Shown: positions 1-8,532 of the stretch, piece by piece
Position numbering within the stretch: the stretch's first letter is position 1
Layout: each line of letters opens with the position of its first letter
NCBI GenBank assembly: GCA_963716255.1
Contig: OY970303.1
Span: 4,864,001 to 4,928,000 of the forward strand
Direction: 5' to 3'
Origin: an uncultured Gemmatimonadales bacterium
GTDB taxonomy: Bacteria; Gemmatimonadota; Gemmatimonadetes; Longimicrobiales; Longimicrobiaceae
DNA: 64,000 nucleotides
The notes under the pieces: model-generated
Told to the model about the DNA's origin: nothing
The model's input: only the letters and a program-made list of their open reading frames with translations
The model's database searches: none
Made by a program: the position numbers and the translations under genes

Positions 1-506
1 AGCTGTACGCCGCCCTGGAGCGCCTTCCCCTGGTGGACCACGTCCCCTTCCTGGAGCTGCTCCCCGGCTGCGCCGGGGGCGAGCGCGGCTGCGTCGCCGC
101 ACCGGAGCTGCGCTCCACCGACGGCCGCGCCCAGGTGGGGCTCGCCATGGCGCAGCACCACCTCCCGCTGCTGCGCCTGCTCCCCGGCGACGTGCAGGTG
201 TCCACGCACACCGTCCCCGTGCGGGTGGCGGTGGACGCCACCCGAGCGCGCAGCGTGGCGGAGGGCGAAGCGAGGCGCGACCTGCGCGCCGCCGTGGAGC
301 GCTTCTTCGCGCAGCCGGGCGAGAGCTTCACCGTGGCCGCGCTGCGCGCCGAGCTGCGCCGGCTGGCCGCCGTCGACGCCCGGCAGACGGTGGCGGTGCG
401 CTTCGACGCCGACCCCGCGCACCTCGTCACCGACGGCGCCGCCACCGGCGTCCGGTTGTCCGCGCGTGAGGCGGCGGATGCGCGACTTGCGCTGGACCTC
501 CGCTGA
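1..506 (+). CDS. C-terminal part of a baseplate J-like / baseplate assembly protein (5' end outside window)
   Basis: Frame is open from the window edge (LYAALERLPLVDHV..., typical of baseplate-J C-termini) and lies directly upstream of a tail protein I-like gene. Confidence 0.6.
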   Translation, partial: LYAALERLPLVDHVPFLELLPGCAGGERGCVAAPELRSTDGRAQVGLAMAQHHLPLLRLLPGDVQVSTHTVPVRVAVDATRARSVAEGEARRDLRAAVERFFAQPGESFTVAALRAELRRLAAVDARQTVAVRFDADPAHLVTDGAATGVRLSAREAADARLALDLR

Positions 507-523
507 CCCCGGACCCCGAGCCC

Positions 524-1123
524 ATGGCAACGCACGAGCCCCTGGACCTGCTCCGCCTCCTCCCCGCGCCCTTCCAGCAGACGGTGGCGCCGGACGGCGG
601 CGACGCCGCCGGCCCCAGCTGGCTGGCGCTCTTCCTCCAGGCCTTCCAGCGGGTGCTGGCGGAGCTGGAGGACGAGATCGACACCGTCCACCGGAGCTTC
701 GACCCGGACCACACCCGCGCCGACTTCCTGGAGTGGCTGGGCGGCTGGGTGGCGCTCTCCTTCCGCGCCGACCTGGACGACGAGCGGCGCCGCGAGTTCA
801 TCCGCCGGGCGGTGACGCTGTACCGCCGCCGCGGCACGCGCCGCGGCCTGGAGGAAGTGCTGGAGGTGCACACCGGGCTGCGCGACGGCGCCGTGGAGGT
901 CAACGAGCTCGTCTCGTCCTTCCAGCTCGGCGTCAGCTCGCGCATCGGCGCCGACACCCTGTTCGCCGGCGGGGCGCCGCACTTCTTCCGGGTGAGGCTG
1001 CGCGTCCCCACCGCCGACCCCGCGCGCGTCCGCTGGTACCGCGAGGTCGCCACGGCGGTGATCGAGGCGGAAAAGCCCGCGCACACCCGGTACGTGCTGG
1101 ACCTGTCCACGCCCGCGACCTGA
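524..1123 (+). CDS. Phage tail protein I-like (P2 gpI / baseplate wedge) protein
   Basis: Motifs LLPAPFQ, FDPDHTRADFLEWLGGWV, LYRRRGTRRGL, IEAEKPAHT are characteristic of this family in eCIS/tail loci. Confidence 0.85.
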   Translation: MATHEPLDLLRLLPAPFQQTVAPDGGDAAGPSWLALFLQAFQRVLAELEDEIDTVHRSFDPDHTRADFLEWLGGWVALSFRADLDDERRREFIRRAVTLYRRRGTRRGLEEVLEVHTGLRDGAVEVNELVSSFQLGVSSRIGADTLFAGGAPHFFRVRLRVPTADPARVRWYREVATAVIEAEKPAHTRYVLDLSTPAT

Positions 1124-1145
1124 GACCCCCAGCCAGCAGCCGTCC

Positions 1146-3776
1146 ATGGCCGAAGAGCTTGCCGTCAAGAGACTGAAGTACTTCAACCACCAGTTCCTGC
1201 GGGTGGAGGACTTCCAGGAGGAGCAGGACTACCACCTCCGGATGCGGCGCCGCCTCAACCGGGTGCTGCACACCTGGGGCGTCGCCGAGGGACTGCAGGT
1301 GACCGCCGCCGCCGGCGCGAATGCCGTCAGGGTGGCCGCCGGCACCGCGATCGACGAGCAGGGGCGCGAGATCGTCCTGCTCACCGAGCGCACGGAGCCG
1401 CTGGCGACGTACTCCGTGAAGACGGTGTACGTGACGCTCCGCTACCTGGAGGAGCCCACCGACGAGACCGACGAGACCGGCACCGCCCTGGAGGCCCGCC
1501 GCTGGACCGAGCGCCCCGAGGTGAGGATCGTGGACGCGCCGCCCGCCCGGCAGGGCGAGGTCCTGGTGCTGGCGCGCGTCACCCTGGCCGCAAACGGCAC
1601 CGTCGCCACGGTGGACGAAGGCGACGTGGCCAACCGGCGCCGCTACGCCGGCGCGGTGGGCGGCGACCTGGAGGTGCGCAGCCTGTCGCTGGCCGCGGAG
1701 GGCCGCCCGGCCACCGACTACCCGCTGCTGCGCTACGGGGCCATCCAGCGCGCCGACCTCACGGGGAGCCTGCGGGTGACCCAGAACGCCACCGTGGACG
1801 GCAAGCTCGCCGTCACCGGCACCAGCGCCTTCACCGGCGCGGCCGCCTTCGCCGGCGCCACCTTCTCGGGCGCGACCGCCTTCACCGGCGCCGCCACCTT
1901 TTCGGGCGGCGCCACGCTCGCCGCGGGGCGGCTGGGGGTGGGCGTCGCCACGGCGGACGCCCCGGTGCACCTCAAGGGCGGGGGCTGGGACCTCGCGGCC
2001 GGCGAGGGCGATTTCAAGGTGGGCGACGGCGCGCAGCGCCTCAAGATGGGGGTGGCGCTGGGCGGGGCCGGCGGCGGCGACGCGCGCATCCGCGCCCACG
2101 GAGGCACCAACCGGCTGATCCTGGGGAGCGGCACCGCCGACGTCCTCGCCGTGCAGAACGGCAGGGTGGGGATCGGCACCATCGACCCCATCGCGACGCT
2201 GCACGTCCCCGAATCGGGGATGCAGATCGGCGCCAGTGCCACCGCCGCCAACAACTTCCACTTCGTTTCCGACGAAGTCCCCGCCGGCGCCCCCCGCGCG
2301 CTCCGCGTCTACGGCGGCAACTACGGCTCCGGCACCCACCTGCTTTCCGTCACCGCGGTCGGGCGCGTGGGGATCGGCGTCACCACCCCCAGCACCCCGC
2401 TGCACGTGCGCGGACGGGTACTCAGCCAGGCCGCGGCCGGGTTCCCCGGTGGCTTCTCGATGATCCCCGGCGACGGTTCGGCGTGGTTCCACGTGGACCA
2501 CCCGGGCGGCAACCGCATGCGGTTCTCGCAGGGGGCCGAGCCGGGCGGGACCGAGCTGATGACCATCCACGCCTCCGGCAGCGTCGGCATCGGCACCGCC
2601 ACGCCCGCGGCCCGCCTCCAGGTGAGCGGCGGCGCCATCATGCCGGCGGCCGGCAACTCCGCGTCCGCCGGGATCCAGTTCCCGGACAACCCGGGCGGCG
2701 GCGGGGGCGACGCGGCCTGGATCCGCTACTACGCGCGCGCCGGCGAGGCCGCGACACTGGAGATCGGCACCGCCAACGACGCCGACGACCACATCTCGCT
2801 CATGCCCTCCGGCAGCGTGGGCGTGGGCACCCTCGCCCCGGAGGACAAGCTCCACGTCCACGGCGCGCTGCGCATCCTCACCGACGGCAACCCCATCCGC
2901 TTCACCTCGCAGTGGAGCGGGCACGCCGACGCCAACAAGGCGGAGATCGCCAACGACACGCTGGGCTCCAAGACCCTGATGATCGTGGGCAACAGCTCCG
3001 GCGGCGGCGGCATCCGGCGGGTGGGGATCTGGGACGAGCTGGCGGTGCACGGCAAGCTGTTCGTGGACAACGACATCGTCCTGGGCGCGAGCAAGCAGTT
3101 CTACTCCACCGGGCGCATTCACATCAACGGCGAGGAGAACGTCTACTTCGTCAACAAGGGCCTCACCATCGTCAGCAAGAGCTGGGGCGGGACCGGCAAC
3201 TTCTCCGTCGAGGGCAGCCTCGGCATCGGCACGGAGACGCCGGGGTACCGCCTGCACGTCATGGGCGGCGCGCGCATCCAGGGCAACCTGTCGGTGGACG
3301 GCTCCAAGTACGGCTACGTGGTGGACGAGTTCGTCAACACCACCGGCGACGTGCTGGAGCAGGGCGACGTGGTGGTGATCGGGCCCAACCAGGAGGCGCA
3401 GTACCTCAACGCCTCGGGCCGGATCCCCATCCCCGAAGTGGACCTGACCGACCGCGAGCACGATACCCGCGTGTGCGGCGTGGTGGCCGAGATCAGCTCG
3501 TTCGCCGAGCGCAACGGCGACGCCGACCCCGCCGCCACCCGGGTGCAGCCCGGCCAGGTGGGCGCCATGGTGACGCTGGGGGCGTTCGTGGTGTGCAAGG
3601 TGGACGCGAAGTACGGCGCCATCCAGGTGGGCGACCTGCTGACCACCAGCGCCACGCGCGGGCACGCCCGCCGCGTGGACGACCCCGCCCGCGCCGGCGG
3701 GGCCATCGTCGGCAAGGCGCTGGCGTCGCTGGAAAAGGGGCGCGGCAGGATCCCGGTGCTGGTCACCCTCCACTAG
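1146..3776 (+). CDS. Tail fibre-like protein, 876 aa: N-terminal baseplate anchor, repeated GxVGIGT modules, C-terminal chaperone/peptidase-like domain
   Basis: N-terminal KRLKYFNHQFLRVEDFQEEQDYH...WGVAEGLQV anchor; six G(R/S)(V/L)G(I/V)G(T/V) modules; C-terminal GDVVVI...CKVDAKYGAIQVGDLLTTS...GAIVGKAL. Confidence 0.8.
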   Translation: MAEELAVKRLKYFNHQFLRVEDFQEEQDYHLRMRRRLNRVLHTWGVAEGLQVTAAAGANAVRVAAGTAIDEQGREIVLLTERTEPLATYSVKTVYVTLRYLEEPTDETDETGTALEARRWTERPEVRIVDAPPARQGEVLVLARVTLAANGTVATVDEGDVANRRRYAGAVGGDLEVRSLSLAAEGRPATDYPLLRYGAIQRADLTGSLRVTQNATVDGKLAVTGTSAFTGAAAFAGATFSGATAFTGAATFSGGATLAAGRLGVGVATADAPVHLKGGGWDLAAGEGDFKVGDGAQRLKMGVALGGAGGGDARIRAHGGTNRLILGSGTADVLAVQNGRVGIGTIDPIATLHVPESGMQIGASATAANNFHFVSDEVPAGAPRALRVYGGNYGSGTHLLSVTAVGRVGIGVTTPSTPLHVRGRVLSQAAAGFPGGFSMIPGDGSAWFHVDHPGGNRMRFSQGAEPGGTELMTIHASGSVGIGTATPAARLQVSGGAIMPAAGNSASAGIQFPDNPGGGGGDAAWIRYYARAGEAATLEIGTANDADDHISLMPSGSVGVGTLAPEDKLHVHGALRILTDGNPIRFTSQWSGHADANKAEIANDTLGSKTLMIVGNSSGGGGIRRVGIWDELAVHGKLFVDNDIVLGASKQFYSTGRIHINGEENVYFVNKGLTIVSKSWGGTGNFSVEGSLGIGTETPGYRLHVMGGARIQGNLSVDGSKYGYVVDEFVNTTGDVLEQGDVVVIGPNQEAQYLNASGRIPIPEVDLTDREHDTRVCGVVAEISSFAERNGDADPAATRVQPGQVGAMVTLGAFVVCKVDAKYGAIQVGDLLTTSATRGHARRVDDPARAGGAIVGKALASLEKGRGRIPVLVTLH

Positions 3777-3825
3777 ATTACCGGGCCGGTCCGCCGGGCC
3801 GGCCCACACTCAACGGCGGAATGCG

Positions 3826-4044
3826 ATGAGAGAGCAGATCGAGGCGCGCCTGACCGAGCTGCGGGGCGAATACGAGGAGGGGCAGCGGATGCTGGCCGAC
3901 CTCCAGGCCCGCCAGAACAGCCTTCACGAGACGCTGCTGCGGATCGCCGGGGCCATCATGGTGATGGAGGAGATGATCCAGCAGGCCGGGCCGCTCGCGG
4001 GTTCCGGCGAGGAGGCCGCGGGCGACGAGGCGCCGCAGGGCTGA
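3826..4044 (+). CDS. Small coiled-coil protein associated with the tail/eCIS locus
   Basis: 72-aa heptad-rich ORF (IEARLTELRGEYEEGQRMLADLQARQNSLHETLLRIAGAI) directly after the fibre gene. Confidence 0.65.
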   Translation: MREQIEARLTELRGEYEEGQRMLADLQARQNSLHETLLRIAGAIMVMEEMIQQAGPLAGSGEEAAGDEAPQG

Positions 4045-4242
4045 CGCGGGCGCCGCGCCGCTGAGAAGCGAGGAGGCCCCGGTCGACGACGTGTCGGCCG
4101 GGGCCTCGTACGCAGGGTGCGCCGCGATCACCGGGCGCGCCGCATGCATCGCTCCCTCGCGTCCGGCGCCGGTCCCGATCCCGCAGCCCGCAGAGGACCT
4201 CTTGATCCACCCGCAGACCCGGTGCGGCCGGGAGCGCCCGCG

Positions 4243-4776
4243 ATGAGCCGCCGCCCCATCCAGGCGACGATCCGCACCGGCCCCGACGACCCGGACGGGG
4301 AGGGCGTCGCCGCGCGGCTCCGGGAGGCGCTGTCCCAGTGGGCGAGCGGCGTCGCCGTCCTGGCCGCCACCGACGGCGAGGACGTGGAGGCGATCACCGT
4401 GACCGCCTTCAGCGCGGTCTCCATGGACCCGCCGCTGGTGCTGGTGTGCGTGGGCCTGAACTCGCCCATCCTGCCTACGCTGCTGGAGGAGCGCCGCTTC
4501 ACCGTGGGCTTCCTGGCCGGGGACGACCGCCGCACGGCCAGCTACGTGGCGCAGCGGCTGCCGCTGGACCGGCCGCTCTTCCCGGACCCCGCCGACCCGG
4601 TGATGCCGGGGGCGCTCGCGACGCTGGTCTGCCGGCTGTGGGAGGACTATCCGGGCGGCGACCACCGGATCCTAGTGGGCGAGGTGGAGAGGGTGGAGCT
4701 GGGGCGTGAGGCGGGGCCGCTGCTGTACTTCCGCCGCGAGTACCGGGTTTTCGGCGAAAAAGAAAAAGGAGGTTGA
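4243..4776 (+). CDS. Flavin reductase family protein
   Basis: LREALSQWASGVAV, TAFSAVSMDPPLVLVC, GGDHRILVGEV, PLLYFRREY motifs; ATG at 4243 after GGAG. Confidence 0.9.
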   Translation: MSRRPIQATIRTGPDDPDGEGVAARLREALSQWASGVAVLAATDGEDVEAITVTAFSAVSMDPPLVLVCVGLNSPILPTLLEERRFTVGFLAGDDRRTASYVAQRLPLDRPLFPDPADPVMPGALATLVCRLWEDYPGGDHRILVGEVERVELGREAGPLLYFRREYRVFGEKEKGG

Positions 4777-4783
4777 AGGACGG

Positions 4784-4810
4784 CTGCGGGTTCGGGCGTG
4801 TCCCCGGCTG
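4784..4810. repeat. Copy of a short intergenic repeat (second copy 12953-12979)
   Basis: CTGCGGGTTCGGGCGTGTCCCCGGCTG vs CTGCGGGGTCGGGCGTGCCCCCGGCTG, 25/27 identical; both lie just downstream of a stop codon. Confidence 0.55.
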
Positions 4811-4950
4811 CATCGCGGCAGGTGCGCCGGATTGCTTACCCGCCGTGCGACGACTCACAAGAACGTTGTGCGCGCTTTATATGACTATTATTGTTCGCTG
4901 GCTATCATGTCCGCACTGTACGTGGGCCCACTGCTTCACCGGAGAACGCC

Positions 4951-5193
4951 ATGAGCATCTCGTTCGTCCAGCTGCGCCGGATCGTGTTCGGCACCTCGTG
5001 CGCCGTCGTGCTCGGCTTCGGGGCCACGCAGGCGCTCGCGTCGCCCGCGCGGGCCTCATACGGCAGATGCAAGGGCTCGCAGGCCCTGGAGTGCTACAAC
5101 TACTGCGCCGCCCTGGGCGCGCAGGGGTTCTGCACCAGCTTGGGGGCCGCGGGGTATGACTGCGTGTGCTCCGGGGACGACCCGGAGGCATAG
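4951..5193 (+). CDS. Secreted cysteine-rich, defensin-like peptide (80 aa precursor)
   Basis: GGAGA RBS; signal peptide ending ...GFGATQALA; mature part has Cys spacing C-x7-C-x3-C-x8-C-x9-C-x-C with a GxC motif; AT-rich promoter-like region upstream. Confidence 0.75.
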   Translation: MSISFVQLRRIVFGTSCAVVLGFGATQALASPARASYGRCKGSQALECYNYCAALGAQGFCTSLGAAGYDCVCSGDDPEA

Positions 5194-5255
5194 GCCCCGG
5201 CGTCGAGCCGGACGACGGCGGGGCCGGCCGGAGCCGGGGAGCGACGCCGCGGCAG

Positions 5256-5288
5256 GAGGGCCCGGCTCCAGTGCGGAGCCGGGCCCTC
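5256..5288. terminator. GC-rich hairpin between convergent genes (probable bidirectional terminator)
   Basis: GAGGGCCCGGCTCC-AGTGC-GGAGCCGGGCCCTC, a perfect 14-bp stem. Confidence 0.6.
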
Positions 5289-5334
5289 GTGTTCCCGATC
5301 CGCCCGACCTCTGCCTCGCGGCGGCGGCCCGGCT

Positions 5335-6045
5335 CTACGGGCGCTGCGTCACCACGGCCCGCACCTCCGGGTCGGACCAGCCTTCGCGCAGCACCGGGTC
5401 CGCCTGGATCTCGCGCTGCACCGCCGGGTCCTTCACCAGCTCGCCCGCCAGCGTGAGCAGCTTGCGGGTGGCCTCGTCCGCCGGCGGCGCGGGAGCGGCG
5501 CCGTGTCCCGCGTGCCCGGCCGGGGCGGCGGCGGACGCGGCGCGGGCCGCGTGCTCCGCGTGGGCGTCCGTCCGCGGACTCGTGCCCCCGTGATGCATCC
5601 CCGCGCGCGATCCGTCCCCCGTCGAATGCGGCGCGGTCGAATGCGATGCCGTTGGATGGGCTCCGGCCGCGGGCTCAGCGGCGTCGGACCCCCGGGAGTG
5701 GCCGGCCGCCGAGTGGGACCGCGCACCCGCTGCCGTGCCCGACCTCGTCGAATGCTCCGCCGCCGAATGCCCTGCCGTCGCGTGAGCCGTCGAGTGGTCC
5801 GCGGTCGAGCGAGCCGCCGTCGCGGTCCGCCCGGAGTGGCCGCCGTGCGCCGCGCCGGGCGAGCTCGATCCGTGCGCCACCGCCGCGTGCCCCGCGTGGG
5901 CTGTCACGGGCGCGGCCGCCGCGGGAGCCGCCGCACCGTCCCGCGCCGCCCGCGCCCTCCGCTCGCCCCCGGCGGGCTCGCTCGTGCCCGAGCACGCGGC
6001 CATCACCGCCGCCGCCACGCCGATCCCCAGCCTCGCGTACGTCAT
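5335..6045 (-). CDS. His-rich lipoprotein of unknown function (copper operon, last gene)
   Basis: Lipobox-like VMAAC; low-complexity His/Ser/Ala repeats (HSTA, HSAA); C-terminal DPAVQREIQADPVLREGWSDPEV domain. Confidence 0.65.
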   Translation of the reverse strand: MTYARLGIGVAAAVMAACSGTSEPAGGERRARAARDGAAAPAAAAPVTAHAGHAAVAHGSSSPGAAHGGHSGRTATAARSTADHSTAHATAGHSAAEHSTRSGTAAGARSHSAAGHSRGSDAAEPAAGAHPTASHSTAPHSTGDGSRAGMHHGGTSPRTDAHAEHAARAASAAAPAGHAGHGAAPAPPADEATRKLLTLAGELVKDPAVQREIQADPVLREGWSDPEVRAVVTQRP

Positions 6046-6068
6046 CGTTCCCCTCGTCCAGGTCCGTT

Positions 6069-7610
6069 TCAGTGCCGGTGCGGGTCGGCCGCGGGGGCGG
6101 CCGGCCGGGCCGGCTGCCCCCGCCGCAGCTCCGCCAGGCGCCGCTGCACCTCCGGGTCGCTCCAGAGCGCGTGAAGGCGCGGGTCGGAGTGGATGCGCGC
6201 CTCTACCTGCGGGTCGGAAAGCAGCCGCACGACGAAGTCCAGCGCCTGCGCGCTGTCCGCGGCCGGGGCCTCGCCGTGGACCTCCGAAACCATGCGCCGG
6301 AGCGTGGAGTCCGCGGCGACGCGGGCCCGGATCACGGGATCGTCCATCATCCGCCCGTGCAGCTCCGCCAGCCGCGCGGAGTCCGCGGGGCCCGGCGCCG
6401 GCACGCCATGGCCCATCGCCGCGGGGTCCCCGGCCCGCGCCGCGGGCATCGCGCCGTGCTGCATCCCCGCGTGGTCCGGCGCTGCCGCCGGGGCCTGGCC
6501 GTGCGGCATGGCGCCGTGGCGCGTCATGCCCGCCATGCCGTTCGCCATCACGGCGCCGCGCTCCACCGTGGGCGCGGGGAAGCCGGCCAGGAAGCCGGTG
6601 ACCGGCCCGCCCATGTTCTGCACGCCCATCGCCAGCGACATGTCGCGCCACTCCCGCTCCGTCATCACGAACGACGTGTCGTCGCGGTAACGCTCCGCCG
6701 CCCGCAGGATCTCGGCGCGCTTGCGGTCGCGCGGCACCTGCGGCGAGGCCAGGATGTCCGAGATCACGTCGTGCATCCCGTGCAGGTTGTCGAAGATGAT
6801 CGCCGCCTCCGGGTAGCGCTCCGCGAAGCGCGGGGCCACGGCCGCGGTCATCGGCATCAGCCGCGGCATGTTCGCGGGCGCGTTCTCCAGCATCTGCCGG
6901 AAGCGCGCCACGGTGGCCGTCACCCCCGTCTGCCGCTCGTCCATCGTCCGCCCCACCAGCAGCGGCTCGTACAATCCCACCTGGAGCCAGTGGTACGCCC
7001 AGATGAGGCCGTTGAACCTGGGGTACTTTTCCCGGAACGCGGCGGAGTAGAACTGCCCCTCCATCAGCTCCATGTTCTTGGGACGCGAGCTGAAGGCCAC
7101 CTCCGGCCGCGTCCGGTAGTAGCGGACCAGCTCGGCCACGGCGCGGTCCCGCTCGGCCTGTGTCAGGCGCTCGTCGCCCAGCACGTCGTAGATCTGCCGG
7201 TGCAGCAGGTGCGCCCACTCGAACATCAGCTTGGCCTCGGGCGCGATCTTGACGTACGAGACCTCGATCGCGCCCTCCTCCAGCGGCATCCGCGGCGGCG
7301 CCACCAGCAGCCTGCGGGTGACGAAGTCGTACTCCCGCTCCTCCAGCTCCGAGGCGGGCGCGTCCGGGTGGCGGTACAACTTCTCGTACAGGATGGCATG
7401 CCCGTAGTCGAAGGCGTTGAAGAGGCGGTCCGCCCCCGGGTAGTTGCGCCGGAACACCCAGTTGTGCTCCGCCGGCAGGTAGAACTGCTCGTGCTGCCGC
7501 GCCCACTGCGCGGCGGCGGGCCGCGCCGCGCCGCCCAGGGCCAGCGCCGCGCAGCCCACCGCCGCGGCCAGCGCCGCGCGGGCCCGCGCCCGGCCGTTGG
7601 CCGCGCTCAT
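6069..7610 (-). CDS. Secreted His/Met-rich protein of unknown function (copper operon)
   Basis: Signal peptide ending AAA|QW; four His-bearing helical pseudo-repeats; Met/His-rich linker; DP-repeat C-terminus; start overlaps the upstream stop (ATGA). Confidence 0.8.
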   Translation of the reverse strand: MSAANGRARARAALAAAVGCAALALGGAARPAAAQWARQHEQFYLPAEHNWVFRRNYPGADRLFNAFDYGHAILYEKLYRHPDAPASELEEREYDFVTRRLLVAPPRMPLEEGAIEVSYVKIAPEAKLMFEWAHLLHRQIYDVLGDERLTQAERDRAVAELVRYYRTRPEVAFSSRPKNMELMEGQFYSAAFREKYPRFNGLIWAYHWLQVGLYEPLLVGRTMDERQTGVTATVARFRQMLENAPANMPRLMPMTAAVAPRFAERYPEAAIIFDNLHGMHDVISDILASPQVPRDRKRAEILRAAERYRDDTSFVMTEREWRDMSLAMGVQNMGGPVTGFLAGFPAPTVERGAVMANGMAGMTRHGAMPHGQAPAAAPDHAGMQHGAMPAARAGDPAAMGHGVPAPGPADSARLAELHGRMMDDPVIRARVAADSTLRRMVSEVHGEAPAADSAQALDFVVRLLSDPQVEARIHSDPRLHALWSDPEVQRRLAELRRGQPARPAAPAADPHRH

Positions 7611-8497
7611 CGTCCCTCCCCCAGCGGGACCAGGGAGCGCACCGCGAACGCGTGCGACGCCCCGAAGGTGAAGAACCACCCCTGGCCGCCGCCGGCGAAG
7701 CGCCGGCCGAGGCCCAGGTCCACGTTGAACTGCGGACTGGTCTGGTAGCGCAGCCCGGTCTCCGCCGTCCACTCCAGCGCCTCGCCGCCCTCCAGCGGCT
7801 GCTCCGCGAACACGTCCGCGGTCACCAGCAGCGAGCGGAGCGGGAAGGTGCGGTCCACCGCGATCCCCGCCATCCAGCGCGAGGCCCCGCTCTCCGCGCC
7901 GGGATCCCGCGGCGCGGCGGCCGCGTCGCCGGCGGCGGCGAAGTCCGGGACCGGGTCGGGCGACTCGTCCGGCCCGGCGCCGAAGGTGTACTGCGCGTTG
8001 GCGTGGAAGCGCGCCCAGGTCAGCGTCCGCGTGGCGATTCCCTTGAGCGAGGCGTAGGGCTGGTCCGGGGCGAGCCCGCCCACCGGCAGCAGCACCTCCG
8101 CCGCGACGGCGAGCGCCGGGAGGGTGCGCGTCTCCACGTTCAGGGCGTGCAGCGCGGCGACCTCGATCCCCGCGAGCCCCGCCGAACCTCCGTCCCCGGC
8201 CGCGTCGACCAGGGCGAGGGGGAAGCCCACCTCCACGTGCGTGCGCGGCAGGATGCCGTACGCCAGCTCCGGGGCGAGCTCCCAGGTGTAGACGCCGCCG
8301 GACGCGCGCTCCAGCCGCAGCGGCGCGAGCTGGAGCTCGAAGGCGTGCCGCTCCACCGGGGCGGCGTCCTCCACGCGGACGGGGCGGCCCCGGTCGGTGT
8401 TGTAGTAGTCGGTCTGCGCGCCCAGCGGCGCGGCGAGCGCGCCCAGCGCCGCGCCCGCCGCCGTCAGCGTCCTGCCCGCCGCAAATCGGTTCTTCAT
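7607..8497 (-). CDS. Putative outer-membrane beta-barrel / transporter family protein
   Basis: Signal peptide, then amphipathic beta-strand pattern ending ...DLGLGRRF...WFFTFGASHAF. Confidence 0.65.
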   Translation of the reverse strand: MKNRFAAGRTLTAAGAALGALAAPLGAQTDYYNTDRGRPVRVEDAAPVERHAFELQLAPLRLERASGGVYTWELAPELAYGILPRTHVEVGFPLALVDAAGDGGSAGLAGIEVAALHALNVETRTLPALAVAAEVLLPVGGLAPDQPYASLKGIATRTLTWARFHANAQYTFGAGPDESPDPVPDFAAAGDAAAAPRDPGAESGASRWMAGIAVDRTFPLRSLLVTADVFAEQPLEGGEALEWTAETGLRYQTSPQFNVDLGLGRRFAGGGQGWFFTFGASHAFAVRSLVPLGEGR

Positions 8498-8532
8498 CGC
8501 TCCGTCTTCGTCGTGGGAGCCCGCGCCCAGCA

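Noticed and set aside
933..3809. Very long antisense/alternate-frame ORFs (e.g. 933-3809 -, 19617-22619 +, 30610-33294 +, 40969-43326 +)
   Set aside because: Shadow ORFs caused by high GC and codon bias opposite or over clearly recognisable genes; Arg/Gly/Pro-rich with no motifs.
5600..5830. Short DNA repeats (GTCGAATGC-like) as a non-coding repeat array
   Set aside because: They encode the His-Ser-Thr/Ala repeats of the lipoprotein.
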